From Octopus sinensis (taxonomy: Eukaryota), in NCBI RefSeq assembly GCF_006345805.1, contig NC_042999.1, positions 167,586,001 to 167,650,000 of the forward strand: a DNA stretch of 64,000 nt. Reading direction: 5' to 3'. A program made the position numbers and the translations under genes. Within the stretch, counting starts at the first letter, position 1; each line of letters begins with the position of its first letter. Below are positions 1 through 13,250 of this stretch, piece after piece. Below the pieces are notes generated by a model, which did not search any database, was not told where the DNA came from, and saw nothing but the letters and a program-made list of their open reading frames with translations.

Positions 1-606
1 ATATTAACATCGTCATGAATATGAATAAATATATTATTAGTTAATAAATGACCGAGTTAAATATAAGAAATACCACTTCTACCAAATTCCTTCCTCTACC
101 TGGTCTTCTTTCTCCTTGGCATTGGATATGTTTTGGGTCTGACGAAGATAAATTCAGGCAGTTGGTTCCCTATATTTTCAGTCGATCAATCGATCGATTG
201 ATAAGATAGTACCGCGAACGCACCCAGGTGCATAACTGAAACAGCTGTGAGCCTATAATAAATAAATGTATAAAATAAATAAATGTATAAAACACATTAG
301 TTTATATTTCATTCAGTAAAAACATAATATATAAAGTGGGTATTGGAGACATGAATATAGAAATTTGATTGGATTTGGATTACCTGGAGTACAAACGCGA
401 TTGCAAGACTTTTTTATTTGTCGGTATGTCTTTATCTACAGAGCGCTTAAGTATTCGCATGAGTTATTAGTCTCCTGTTAATCCCGATTTGTTCTGATAG
501 ACTTATACGATCATGCCTGTGTATATAATGTGTGTGTCTGAGTCTATGTGTATGTTTGTGTGTGTGTGTGTGTGTGTGTGTACATATATATACATATATA
601 CATACA

Positions 607-771
607 AGCGTGGGTGTGTGATAAGAGGCTTGCTTCACAACCACATGGTTCCGGTTTCAGTCCCACTGCATGGCACCTTGGGCACGTGACTTCTACTTGA
701 GCGACCAAAGCCGTGTGAGTGGATTTGGTAGACGGAAACTGAAAGATAACCGTCATGTATATGTATGTATG

Positions 772-839
<68 letters not shown>

Positions 840-935
840 GTATATATTTATGTGTATGTGTCTTTGTGTTTGTGTTTGTGCCCCCACCATCGCTTGACAA
901 TCGGCCGCTTGATCGCAGTCAAGAGTAAAAGAAGG
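607..935 (+). mobile_element. SINE family B (tRNA-like head, CORE-like GCACCTTGGGCA segment), internally deleted copy
   Basis: Shares blocks with copies at 9593, 29758 and 36777 (CCACATGGTTCC..GTTCAGTCCCACTG, GTGAGTGGATTTGGTAGACGGAAACTG, CATCGCTTGACAA). Confidence 0.8.
775..845. repeat. (TA)n microsatellite inside the SINE
   Basis: Directly visible. Confidence 0.95.
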
Positions 936-1184
936 TATATATAAATGTGTGTGTGCACCACCATGTCAGAAATAACAGCCAAAACTGACTATAGAACCAC
1001 ATCATGTATAATCAATTTTGACTGCTATTTCTAGTATGGTAGTGCCTCTTCGGTACCGTTAATTATAATTATATTTATATTATTATATAACTATAATAAT
1101 TATTACCAATACGGAATTTTCCATGCAGGCCACTTATCAACTGGCCGTTATGCTAAATAGTGGTCTTATCTTTTTTATATATAA

Positions 1185-1299
<115 letters not shown>

Positions 1300-1355
1300 C
1301 GGAGATATACTTGCATAGCAAGTGACCTGATCTGATGTCGTGTGCTGGAACGAAA

Positions 1356-1625
1356 ACAATTGCAGCGAGGAAGGTGTTTAAACACACAAAAACTGTTAGA
1401 TTCACTTCAGCATTTAAATTTAATTTGTCAAAATATTTTCGTCGCTTTCAGACCGCGACCTGTTCACTGACAAAATTCTGTGCTGCATCCCTTTTTTGTC
1501 AGTGAACAGGTCCCAGTGTGTAAGCGATGAAAATATTTTGAGAAATTTAATTTAAATGATAAAGTGAATCTAACGGTTTTTGTGTTTCTTAAATGGCTTA
1601 TAAACACCTTCCACGCTGCAATTGT
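1356..1625. mobile_element. Fold-back (palindromic) MITE-like element
   Basis: ACAATTGCAGCG..GACCTGTTCACTGACAAAA (1356-1475) is the imperfect reverse complement of TTTTGTCAGTGAACAGGTC..CGCTGCAATTGT (1494-1625). Confidence 0.75.
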
Positions 1626-1677
1626 CATATATATATAATATATATATATATACATACATGCATACATACATACATTC

Positions 1678-2202
1678 AGACAAAAATCATGCCTCCTCAT
1701 TGATATGACTGTCCCTATCGATATAACCGTATCTGTCAAGACCTAACAAAAACTGAACAAATATAAAGATCTTGAAATAGTAATCAGCAAAATGTGCAAT
1801 CTGAAGACTAAAACAATACCTGTTGTCATAGGTGCCCTGGGAATGATAGCAAAAGGGACTGATTGCTACCTAACGCAGATACCAGGAAACCCCAAAATGG
1901 CAGAAATTCAAAAGATAGTGCTCATGGGAACTGCTCATATCCTACGTTAAATACTTTCAATGCAATCTCAAGTTTTAAAACAAACATTACTTTCTTATGG
2001 TTTCTTAAACATTCACTAGTACAACACTGAGTACAAAACCAAATATATGGCACCCTAGGCATACCACAAACACGAACTTCCAACTCGCTGTCTCTTGAGG
2101 TCTCTAGGTGAAATTTGGAGCCAGCTTGTGCAAATGTAAAGCAAGAGTCAAACATAGAATAGTAATAATAATAATAATGATAATAATAATAATAATAATA
2201 AT
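1678..2202 (+). mobile_element. R4/Dong-like non-LTR retrotransposon 3' end (restriction-like endonuclease C-terminus, 3' UTR, (AAT)n tail)
   Basis: Translation gives CLLIDMTVPID, then (after a frame change) KLNKYKDLEIVISKMCNLKTKTIPVVIGALG...IQKIVLMGTAHILR*, followed by an (AAT)n tail. Confidence 0.85.
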
Positions 2203-2405
2203 ATTTAGAAGCCAAAACGTATAGTAATAAGCAAACCGACAGAAATAAATACTAAATGCACTGAATGCATAGACGCTCAAATTCTTCATCAGTTATCGAA
2301 GAATTTGTGACCAGTGTTCGCACTCTGTGCGTCTGTGCATTCAGTGCATTTAATATGTCTTTCTGTCCGTTTGTTTATTACTATACGTTTTGATTTCTGA
2401 AAATA
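2202..2405. mobile_element. Fold-back element of ~200 bp
   Basis: AAAACGTATAGTAATAA..TAAATGCACTGAATGCA pairs with TGCATTCAGTGCATTTA..TTATTACTATACGTTTT, with an inner CAAATTCTT/AAGAATTTG stem. Confidence 0.7.
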
Positions 2406-2439
2406 TTATTCCTGTAACACAACGCACACCTTATTTTGA

Positions 2440-2488
<49 letters not shown>

Positions 2489-2529
2489 GCTTACTCGGAA
2501 AAGGATGCGTGGCGTTCAATTAAATAATA

Positions 2530-2573
<44 letters not shown>

Positions 2574-3174
2574 GTACAGGACGTCACCAAATGTGTAAAC
2601 AACATGAAGTACGAAAACAAAGGAGTTAAATACGCAAACGACGAGAGAGAAAATAGGAAAACAGGAAAAGTAATGGAAAAGTATCGCAAAGAACGGCCCA
2701 TCATCAGTTGTCTGCTGTCTATCTACCCTCATTTCGAGCATTCAACGACAATAAGATTCTTCGAAGATAGTTGCTCCCATAAATTCCAAAATGAAATTTT
2801 GGATTTATGGTGGGATCAAGGTTGGGAACAAAAACAAGACAATGGAGACATACAAGGAAACAAACATGGAGCATCGTCAGACCAGAACGAGGGGAAAATA
2901 GTGAACGATCTTTTCTATCTTTTCTCTTTTCAAAACCTACAGCGCCCAGCATAATTTGCGTCTGAAATTGCTGAGATGTATTAAGAATAAATATGCAGAA
3001 ATTCGTTAATAAATGTTCAAGATGAACATAAACCACACTGATTTCACCAGTTTCGGGGAGTCAGTGAACAGACATAGTCATACAGCAATTGGTCGACTAT
3101 GCTATAGAACTATATTTATTTGTGGAGTTGTGTGCTGTAATTGTTTTATAATGGTATGTATGAGAAATATTGAT

Positions 3175-3355
3175 TTCAAATTCTGGTACAAGTCCTGCAA
3201 CTTCGGGAGAGTGGGTAAATCGACTAGTACTTATTTTATCGACCACGTAAGGATGAATGGTTAAGTCGACCACGGCAGAATTTGAACTCAGAACGTAAAG
3301 ACGGGCGAAATGCCATCGCCCGACATGCTAACGATTTTGTCAGCTCGCCGCCTTA
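3175..3355 (-). mobile_element. SINE family C (GGCGGCGAGCTG head; GAGTTCAAATTC B-box-like motif)
   Basis: Matches the most abundant repeat in the window. Confidence 0.85.
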
Positions 3356-3929
3356 TATATATAAGAATATCAACTGTTACGTGAATGTGTGACAAAGCAA
3401 TAAACATCTTTTTGTAATTATGCAGTAATATATGAAAGAATGAAAGTGTTTGATATGACGATAAGGCACGTCTAAATAATAATGACATTATGGTGCATAG
3501 CAAAGGATTGGAGATGAACAGTACAGAGCTGCCTTTAAAAATATAGGTGAGAGGTGAAGAATGCAGGCAAACGGCGGAAGCACAAATTAACTACGCCTGC
3601 TCAAATTTCTAAAGAGAACTTTCAGAAATTTGATCAGGCTGTCCAAAGTTATATCACAGATTTTGGTAGAGCCGACAACTAGAAGTGGCTGCCAAAGAAA
3701 ATTGACGTAATGTCGAATTTTGAAGACGTGCGAACATTCAAATAGAATTTAGCTTAGTTGTTTCAAATTTGATGTTATGCAACATATTAATTGACTCTGA
3801 GCAAGAGATAACGAAAGAAATTATTCATCACACATATGCGCGAACATGCACATACATACACACGCTTACACACACACATTCACACGCACACACTCATGTG
3901 TATCTATGTCCTCTTCTACTTTTGATTAT

Positions 3930-4200
3930 TTGCCATGAGGTTGTAGCTAGGACGCTCTATAATGAAATCCGTGGGAAGGATAATCCCGAGGACAAAAAAA
4001 TAAGAACCCACAATATGGTAGGAGCTATAGCCACTCGTAATAAAAAGGAATACTGGTGGAATGTACTAGTGAAGACCTCAATGAAATGTAAGCCCAGCAG
4101 ACCTGATATAATGATTTGGGTTAGAGAAGAGAAACAGCATATTTGTAGAAATTAGCTGCCTAGCAGATGTTAACATAAAGCTGAAGGTCAGAATGAACTG
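3930..4200 (+). mobile_element. R4/Dong-like LINE fragment (pre-RLE and RLE region)
   Basis: HEVVARTLYNEI...EYWWNVLVKTSMKCKPSRPDIMIW, then IVEISCLADVNI after a frameshift. This matches the RH..WW..PD..EIS pattern of RLE elements. Confidence 0.75.
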
Positions 4201-4589
4201 GGGAAAAAAAATAGCCATTGACAATTATCCTGTGTAAAAAAAATCCTTTTCTTTTTTTCTGTTTTTCTTTGGCCAGTACTCTTCTATATCAGTTGATGAT
4301 GTTACCGTTTCATTAATTTTTTGGTTCAAGTTTGAAATCAGTTGCTATTTTCAACCTTAATATATCATAAGTGTTTTTAATTTAGGCGCGAGGCTAGTTA
4401 ATTTGAAGAGAGTGTATAGTTGATACCATCGACCACAGTACTTCACTAGTATTTTATTTAATCGACCTTTTAGATTGTTACGATAACGTTGCAGAATGCA
4501 TTCTGGTTGAAAGATTCAGACATCCTTGAAACTGTGATACAAAGATAGAGAAGAAAAAAGCAATAACGATGCATAAAATGTACATGATG

Positions 4590-4990
4590 GTTTCAAGTTT
4601 TGGCACATATCTATCGAATTCGGGAGGAGGGCGTTAGGTGCTCACATTGACTCCAAAACTTGATTGGTACTTCATTTCATCAATTCCGAATGAATGAAAG
4701 GAAAAGTTGACCTGGCCGGGATTTGAACTCAGAGTGTGAAACCGAAAGAAATACCTATTTTTTACTACCCACAAGGGACTAAACACAGAGAGGACAAACA
4801 AGAACAGACAAATGGATTAAGTCGATTACATCGATCCCAGTGCACAACTGATACGTATTTTATCGACTGTGAAAGGATGAAAGGCAAAGTCGACCACGGC
4901 GGAATTTGAACTCAGAACATGTAGACGGATGAAATGCCACTAAGCATTTCGCCCGATGTGTTGACGTTTCTGCCAGCTCGCCACCTTTGT
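4590..4990 (-). mobile_element. SINE family C, dimeric copy
   Basis: Two GAACTCAG/GGATGAAAGGCAAAGTCGAC-type units joined by the CTATTTTTTACTACCCACAAGGG linker. Confidence 0.8.
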
Positions 4991-6169
4991 GACGTAAATA
5001 ATATATACAAAGTAAATAAGTTAAGAAAGTCCATAATAAATCCGTAATTTATTAGTATAATCTTTGATCAATCAAGTAATTAAAATCAGAAGTCTTAGAT
5101 AACGTATGTGACAGATTTTTCCACACATTCACTGAAGCAATATATAATTATAGAAATGCTACTGTTTTAGTCTTTTTTCTTTTACTTACATAACTAACTG
5201 AAACGAAAGCCGCTCACTAGAGAAATTGAAAATACATTTTGTTTTTACTTATTCGCAAAGAACATGAGCTAAAATAATCTACCACAACAGCAGGAGTAGT
5301 CGTATATCTTACTCGGGTATCCACATGGTAGGATAAGATAGGGCAATCTGATAACCTAAAAGATTTTCCTCGAAAACATTACGCTATCTATGGCCGACGA
5401 AATGATAGCTAAGAAGTGTGTACATCTGGACTATGACTACCTTGGACAATTTTGACAATATTGTGTCGTTTATTTTTATTAGCTAATATATGCACAATAT
5501 ATAAATAATGTCCATATCACACATATAGTAACACACGTGCACGTATACACACCTGCATACAAACTAACGAATATATGTGTGTGTGTGCGTGTACGCACGC
5601 GTGTGTATGTGTGTGTTTGAAAGCTAAGTTCGTATATGTTTGCGTCTTGTGGCGACCTACAAAACTAGTGGCTAGTTTTATTAAATTGAATTCGGCTAGT
5701 TTTATTGAATTGAATTCATATCAATGTATCCCGTTCCATGTATCTTTCGACACCAGTAACCTAAAAACTGACATTCACAAGTCGTAATCTAACCAGTATA
5801 TCTACTGAAATGTTGGGGCCAATTTTCATTTAGTATGCGTCTATATGTGTACGTGTATGCATGTGCATACGTGTATGCGCGTGTGTATTTATCTGTATGT
5901 AAATGTATGTTAGCGTGTATGAGAATGTGTTTGTAAATAGTCCTACTGAAAAACTCTACCTAAATTTTCATACGATGGTAATTAACACTGAAGTATAAGA
6001 TTTAGAGTAAAAAGGAAAGTGGAAGACACAAGGTCCAAGGGTTTTGACGATGAATGTGAAGCAGATAAAAATACGGGTTCCGAACGCGAAGAAAAGGGTT
6101 TATCGCAATATCACAGCACTCTGTACACAGAGTATCTAAAAAGTAAATGATTCCATTGTCACAATCTAT

Positions 6170-6315
6170 AGTGAGTATTCCAGTTATTCAATTAACTGAA
6201 GTACCTGCTCATTGTAATACATTGAATATGACTGAGTATGCCAGAGGTATATGTAATCTTAATGTAATTCTCAAGGAGAATCAGCGTGACATTGTATGTA
6301 GCAAGACTATGCCCC
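6170..6315 (-). mobile_element. Old SINE family A tail fragment
   Basis: Degenerate reverse match to 8940-9080. Confidence 0.55.
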
Positions 6316-8074
6316 CGAGAGGAACAATCCGACGAGCTTCTTTCTATCAGCACATCTATTGTTATAATGGACATAGTCTAATTTAGTTCACAAACCTTTG
6401 GTTAGACTGACTGAGAAAGCACTCGTCCATGAAAACATACAATGTGTTCGAACATGGGACCAGATAACTGCGAAGCGAACTTATCATTCGCTATGTGTGT
6501 ACCATACACAAATATATACTATCTCATACACGTACACATACATGTAAGCACATGCACATATATAGACACTTTGTGCACACTTGCATATGCAAAAATATAG
6601 TGCAATTTTAATTTTAACTTATGACATATTTTACAAAAACATTTTTTTTTCTCATCATTCATCGAAAACATCCAACTTAGTTCGCCAAGATTAGGTTATT
6701 TTAGTAATTCTCTAACACGTCTAAAAATAACACGCAGGCGTTTGAAATCTAAAGGTGATACTTTATCGTTATCAATCCACCCCTCTATGATATAGTTCAA
6801 ATGAATGAAGACGTTTGCAATCTTCCATATCACTTTTGCAATGGGAATTTTATTCAAAGGGCTCACCCACTTTTTAACTGTAGAGGTGTAATAGTAACCT
6901 ATATTATTATAATGTCAGCTGTAACTCTTTTTCAGTCTGCGTATTTGTGTATTAGTTCACTCAGGGCCAAAGGGCTGAGATTAAATCAAATCTCAAGAGA
7001 TTTGCCAGCTTGCACACAGCTTATTGCTTGTGATTTGGGCGAGGAATTCGAAGCGACTAACACACGAAATAAAAGACTAGTTAACATGGTGGCCTCTTTC
7101 CTAGAAACCGTTTCCATTGGTGCTTGCCTCTATCAGTGAAAGCCTATAGCAGACAGCATATTTTGATAGCAATTAAGCAGGTACTTTGGGGACCTCACTT
7201 CAAAACTCTCTATTGTGTAGTCCTCTTTATATTTCTATCTCTTCAATTACACATACTGTTACGTAGTTTGCTATGATGTCATTTTCTATTGCACGAAGTT
7301 TCTCAGTGCAGACTTCTGGTCGCATCCAAATCATGGAGTTCCACAGAGGTATCAATATTACTCTCTTATTCTTTTACATGTTTCAATCGACATTGAACTG
7401 CAACTTTTAAGGGTTTTAGTCAGTTATATAGATTTCAGTATTTTGTCAGATATTTATCTCATTGTCCTCACAAGAGAGGAAAAAGTAAAGTCAACCATTG
7501 ATTAATTCCCATCCCATGTCGATACACAGTTTCCATCTCCAACATTTCATTCGCATGCTTTTGATCAACCCGAGGTCACGGTAGAAGAGTCTTTACCTGC
7601 AGTACTGCACACACGGAGAGGATTCGGAATCACATTGTTGCGTAGTGAATTTCTCAACCAAACAATGGCATCTCCGCCCATGATTGTGACGTTTAGACAC
7701 ATACGTCTGTAACAGATAATTAACACCGTAACTGAAATGAAATGGCTACAAACTAGAAGCAAAATTCAATTGATCAACGAATTTTACCTCAGCACTGAAT
7801 CTTACACAAAGCACAAAGGTATTAAAACATTACAACACTATTTCGTTTCTCTATTTGTCAATCTGGTTGTATTATCCGTAATTTTGTTTCTCTTTTGGTG
7901 TCCTTCTCGTTCTTCTGTCCATTAGATAAACACATATGCTGATAGAGATATATTTTGATAGATATACAAGTAGATATATTGCTGAACTGTACTGAAATGA
8001 AGAAAAAAATGAAAATAATATCAATTGGTAAATAATATTGACTGAGACTTGGTGGTGGTTGGACAGCGAAAGGT

Positions 8075-8112
<38 letters not shown>

Positions 8113-8389
8113 CGAATAAGTTTTATCATTTTAATTCATCTTGTATTTCCTTAAACTATAAAGCATAAATCTTTCAAGCATATTAAAGGAAGTAAAATAC
8201 GCAATACCTCTTAGTTCATTTCGAATATATTTGAACGTTCCGTTATGATTAAATGGCAACATTTCAAAAGAACTTTTTTGAAATTCTTTGCTTGTGTTTA
8301 ATATAACAACATAATGTTTTCAAATATGCTGGCTTACACTGTGGAATTTCTGCAGGACCTGCTAGTATTTATTATTTCATGCAAGCCAA

Positions 8390-8600
8390 CGAGGTAATAG
8401 AATCGTTAACACGCCGGACAAAACGCTTTGCGACATTTCGTCCATCTTTACATTATGAGTTAAAATTGTACCGAAGTTGCTTTTGCCATTCATACTTTCG
8501 GGGTCAATAAATTAAGTGCCAGCTGACCACTGGGGTCGATGTAATCGACTTGCACCCACACCCGAAATTGCCGGCCTTGTGCTAAAATTGGAGACTAATT
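8390..8600 (+). mobile_element. SINE family C
   Basis: Family C consensus blocks, diverged. Confidence 0.75.
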
Positions 8601-8747
8601 AATTTTTCATTTCCTTCTTATTAAGCGTTATCTTTCATGTCTTCAAGCGATTATTTATTCGTGCTGTCATATTATCTCTGAGACTGTGACTTGTGTGTTT
8701 CCCAGGTTCAAATTACCTATCTACAAATAGTTACTATGTCTGGTTGT

Positions 8748-9110
8748 GGAGGCGCAATGGCCCAGTATTTAGGTCTGCGGACTTGCGGTCGTGGGGTCGC
8801 GGTTTCGATGTGAGTGTTTATTGAGCGAAAACACCTAAAGCTTCACGAGGCTCCGGCAGGGGGTGGTGGCGAACCTTGCTGTACTCTTTCACAACTTTCT
8901 CTCACTCTTTGTTTCTGTTGTACCTGTATTTCAAAGGGCCAGCCTTGTCACACTCTGTGTCACGCTGAATCTCCCCGAGAACTACGTTAAAGGTACATGG
9001 ATCTGTGGAGTTCTCTGCCACTTACACGTTAATTTCAGGAGCAGGATGTTCCGTTGATCGGATCAACTGGAACCCTCGTTGTCGTAACCGTCAGAGTACT
9101 GAGACGACGA
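8748..9110 (+). mobile_element. SINE family A (tRNA-Arg-like head GGAGGCGCAATGGCC)
   Basis: Homologous to 20981-21325 (-), 45750-45883 (-) and 61442-61607 (+). Confidence 0.85.
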
Positions 9111-9192
9111 CGATGTCTGGCTACAGCTCCTTGCAGTGAAGAAAGAAACGGACCAATATATAATTTATGAGTTTTATATATATATATATATA

Positions 9193-9274
9193 ATCAAAAT
9201 ACATTTTAGTGAGTATGGCAAATTATTATATATATATATAATAATTTGCCATACTCACTAAAATGTATTTTGAT
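9193..9274. repeat. Perfect 82-bp palindrome: 34-bp arms around (TA)7
   Basis: ATCAAAATACATTTTAGTGAGTATGGCAAATTAT at 9193-9226 and its exact reverse complement at 9241-9274. Confidence 0.95.
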
Positions 9275-9592
9275 GGTATGAACTTCAATAAACTTACGAA
9301 CACCAGGATACTATTTCAACAGATACTGTCACTATAGAAGCACTCATATTTAAGAAACTTTTATGCTATTCCTTTACTGAATTAAATATTTTAAAAATTC
9401 GGAGTTTTAACGATTCCTTAAATATTCCACTGACAATAAAGTCATAAAATAAAAATCATTAATTTGATTTCCCTTTATAGTGACCAGCAAGCAGTACATA
9501 TCCCGAAATTGAAATTAACTAAGACTTTGCCAATAAATGATATAGTTATGATGAAAAAGAAAAACAAAGCCAAACAAATAGTAACTAGTTAT

Positions 9593-9865
9593 GGCGCAGG
9601 TGTTCCTGTGTGGTAATCAGCTTGCTTCACAACCACATGGTTCCGGGTTCAGTTCCGTGTGTTTCTTGCCCCGCCATCGCTTGACAACCGATGTTGGTGT
9701 GTTTATGTCCCCGTAACTTAGTGGTTCGGTAAAGGAGACGAATAGAATAAGTACTAGGCCTGCAAAAGTAAGTCCTGGGGTCGATTTCTTCATCTAAAAC
9801 TCTTTAAGGCGGTACTCTAGCATGGCCGCAGTATAAATGACTGAAACAAGTAAAAGAACAAAAGA
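9593..9865 (+). mobile_element. SINE family B with the central segment deleted
   Basis: GGCGCAGG head and GGCGGT..CAGCATGGCCGCAG..ACTGAAACAAG tail. Confidence 0.8.
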
Positions 9866-11131
9866 ATAATTTGCGAGGGTTGTTATTAAAACATCAAATA
9901 AACGTTACTAGAATAGAAACCCAGTCTCACAATGGGTCTCTGTCAAGTTCTACAATAATTATTCCAGTTGTTTGGTCAACTGAACTGTTAATTCAGTGAA
10001 TGATGGTGAAAGTGTTTGAGTATTCCACAGATAATTATAGCCTATAGGTCAGTAGTTCTCAACTGGTGTCCATATGGCCTTTCGGGATCTGACAATTTGC
10101 TGTTAAAATTTGTGCAATAAGTTGGTTATACTTTAACAATACACAAAATATTTTCACAATTTTTAAAATTAAATTCCTAATAATATTTAATCACAAAAAT
10201 ATATTTTAAACATCGAATGGTTAGGAGAATACATCCGAGTTAAATAGGAATAAAAGAGGACCATAGGTAAAAAAAATTGCTGAGAATCACTGCGTTGGGT
10301 AATCCCAATCAGAATGAGCATGATACAATAATAAGGCTAGTGCTTTGAATATCAAATATATTCCATTTGGCAGGGTTCCATGCTTCCGTCTATGCAGTTT
10401 CACGCACAAGGCTTGGGTCGATAGAAAACCCTTGGAAAATAAACACCCGTCTTAGATGTCTCGCCGATCACAGGGCTATAGACGTACAAAGGGAATTTCT
10501 TCTCCATTTCATCACGTCTGCGCCCAGTTTTACCAGTTGTAACAAACAAACCCATTTACATACAAAATATTTATTTTCCAAACTCTTATTACGTTTATCT
10601 TTCTATATTATTTTGTGTATATTTCTGTATATTTTAATGTTTCGATATTTATTCTTACTAAAAGAAAGGCAGTTGCTGTAGTTAGCGGTAGTGACACTAT
10701 TGTTGCGTGCAACATTGCATTCGAGGCCTGACTACAACAACTACAGCAACAACAACGGATCTTTACCTTTTGACCTACAGATTTAAAAAATAATTTTTTG
10801 TAACTAAACACTTTCAAACTTCGGACACTGGTAGAATGTGTCATATAAAACATCTTTTACTCTTAGCATTTTTGAGAAAAACTTATATTTACGAAGTTAT
10901 TTCACGTTAACTTTCTCGTATTTCGGTAATTTCAACCAATCAATGACGTGTATTCAGCTGAATAAAATTACTGCTGTTGTTTGTAAACAAGAACTTTTTG
11001 TTTTTCCACGTTCGATAGAATACCAGTGAAAGTACCGGACTTAATTTAATCGGGTTCCTATCTGTGCCAAAATGCAATAAGTTAAGACGGCACAATAGAG
11101 CACAAATCGTCACCCAACTGGCATGTGTGTG

Positions 11132-11196
<65 letters not shown>

Positions 11197-12410
11197 ATGA
11201 GGGAGACATGTACAAGATAAAAGATATTTTAGAAATAGCATCCAAGTCTTTCTCAGTTAACAAGCTACATTCTTTTAAAAGAACCGTTGCGTAATGTGAG
11301 CTGGGATTCCCTATAGATAGGAAAAATACAAGATGGTTATAACTGGAGTACATTTAATCAGAGGTTTGCTCTATTACGATTATCATGGGACTACACAACA
11401 TAACCACATATATCAAATATCGCATCCACTGAAAAACCAAAATGCCGCATTTAGTTCACCAAGGAGCAGAGGAATTGATTGTCGTCAGGTTGGCCAAAAA
11501 TCTAGTGACGAGCTAAGTCGATATTAAATTTGCTCGACTCTGAATACATACATACATACATACATACATACATACAAACATACATACATACATACATACA
11601 CACGCCTGCATTTTTCTCCAGTATGTGTGAGGACACTCTTGTTAACCTATGCATGTGTAGATGTTTGAATGCGAGTATCATAAGGAAACATTTCTGGGTT
11701 ATGCCTTCTTTGTGTTACTACGGAATGATTATTTCACATTAGATTCAGATTTTACTACTCATAAATTTACCATGTGGAGATGCCATAAAATTTATCTCTC
11801 GCCCAGCAGTCACCTTTAATCATGATAATGCTTAACCACACATCTTAAGGTAATTACATACTCTCTGTCGCAGAATAGTGTGGCCGAGTTAATTCAAAGC
11901 TAGGTTAGCTGGAATGTATAGACATATTAGTAAGCATTTCCAGGTCTATGATTCAAAAGTACCAATTCTTCTGAGGTTCATTTAACTTTTTCATCACTCT
12001 TGAAGTGATAAAGGAGGGGAGAAAATCCAAACTTTATGGATCTGCTTTGGTAGAGGTGTGTCGTTTGACGCCTTCCAATTAACGAAAAATAAAATGTCAT
12101 AAAAGCTTCAGCTGTGTTGATCGATAAGTGTGGAATAAAAGTTTGAAATAATCCTGAAGGAATGCTAAAGGCTTGAAAAGTGAAGTTTTGGGGTGTCTGG
12201 GATATATATATATATAATATATATATATATATATCCCCTCCCCGCCCCCTCCTCTCCTCTTTCCCCTCTCCTCCCCCTCTTCTCCTCTCATACACACACA
12301 CACACACTTATACATACTAATACGTACTAATACATACTAATACATACTAATACATACACCAACCCCATACATACGCACGTCCAGACCTATCATACGCACT
12401 AATACTCTCT

Positions 12411-12455
<45 letters not shown>

Positions 12456-12519
12456 ATACATACTAATACATACTAATACATACACCAACCCTATACATAC
12501 ACACGTCCAGACCTCTCCT

Positions 12520-12833
12520 ACGCACTAATAGCTGGTCATTCAACCCTATTATCAACCCTATTATCTCCCCTTATTTCGCTCTCGCGTCTCATGTTTGATC
12601 TTTGACCTCTGGCCGAAATCAGATCGCCATGTTGATTCGTTAGTTACTGCACGCATTTTTTTTCTCTCCTTCTTTCTGTGTTTTTTTTCTCTCTGTGTAT
12701 CTTTCTGTTGAAGAGCGTAGGCTCGAAACGTTAAAGACTTGTTTTATTTATATTTCCTGAGCGCCATACTAATACAATTGTTGTTTGTTTCCCACCTGCC
12801 TTCGTCTTTTGTCTATTTTCATAAAGCTTCCCG

Positions 12834-12837
<4 letters not shown>
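12520..12837 (+). mobile_element. Non-coding element carrying an HHR-like motif and ending in (TA)n; second copy at 40590-40795 (-)
   Basis: About 200 bp of near-identical reverse-complement match to 40590-40795; both copies end TTCCCGTTATA(TA)n. Confidence 0.8.
12700..12737 (+). ncRNA. Minimal hammerhead-like motif, CUGUUGA variant
   Basis: Stem I TCTTT/AAAGA; CTGTTGA+A; stem II GAGC-gtag-GCTC; GAAAC-GT-T with palindrome AACGTT. Confidence 0.5.
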
Positions 12838-12878
<41 letters not shown>

Positions 12879-12883
12879 TATAA

Positions 12884-12964
<81 letters not shown>

Positions 12965-13250
12965 TAAATTAATATGTTCAATAAGAAATAATTATTTTCG
13001 AAATTTTTTCTCTTATGAGGTTTTCACGCTATCTACCTGACAATTTCTTGTTAAGTTTTCCTTATTAAGTGGTTGTCCTTAATTGCTAAATTTTTATTCC
13101 GAAAAAACTTTTCCTTTCCCGAAATGCAATTCGTAAAAGTCTGACATTTACAGGATGTAATATATGTAAACTCACCCATGTGCTTCGTTGATGTTGATCA
13201 GTTAGCTGATCGGCTTAAGCGAGGCAGGGTCGTTTATGTATGATACATCC

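Noticed and set aside
1321-1365. HHR-like CTGATCTGA..GAAAACAATTG
   Set aside because: The core is not CUGANGA and there is no convincing stem I or II.
2436-2954. 172-aa ORF
   Set aside because: It starts in TA repeats, and the remainder has no recognisable domain.
5992-6150. Open frame VKRKVEDTRSKGFDDEC.. as an exon
   Set aside because: About 50 codons is within chance for a 64-kb window, and the splice signals are weak.
6600-7000. Mariner transposase remnant
   Set aside because: Only vague motif resemblance with many stops, and no TIR found.
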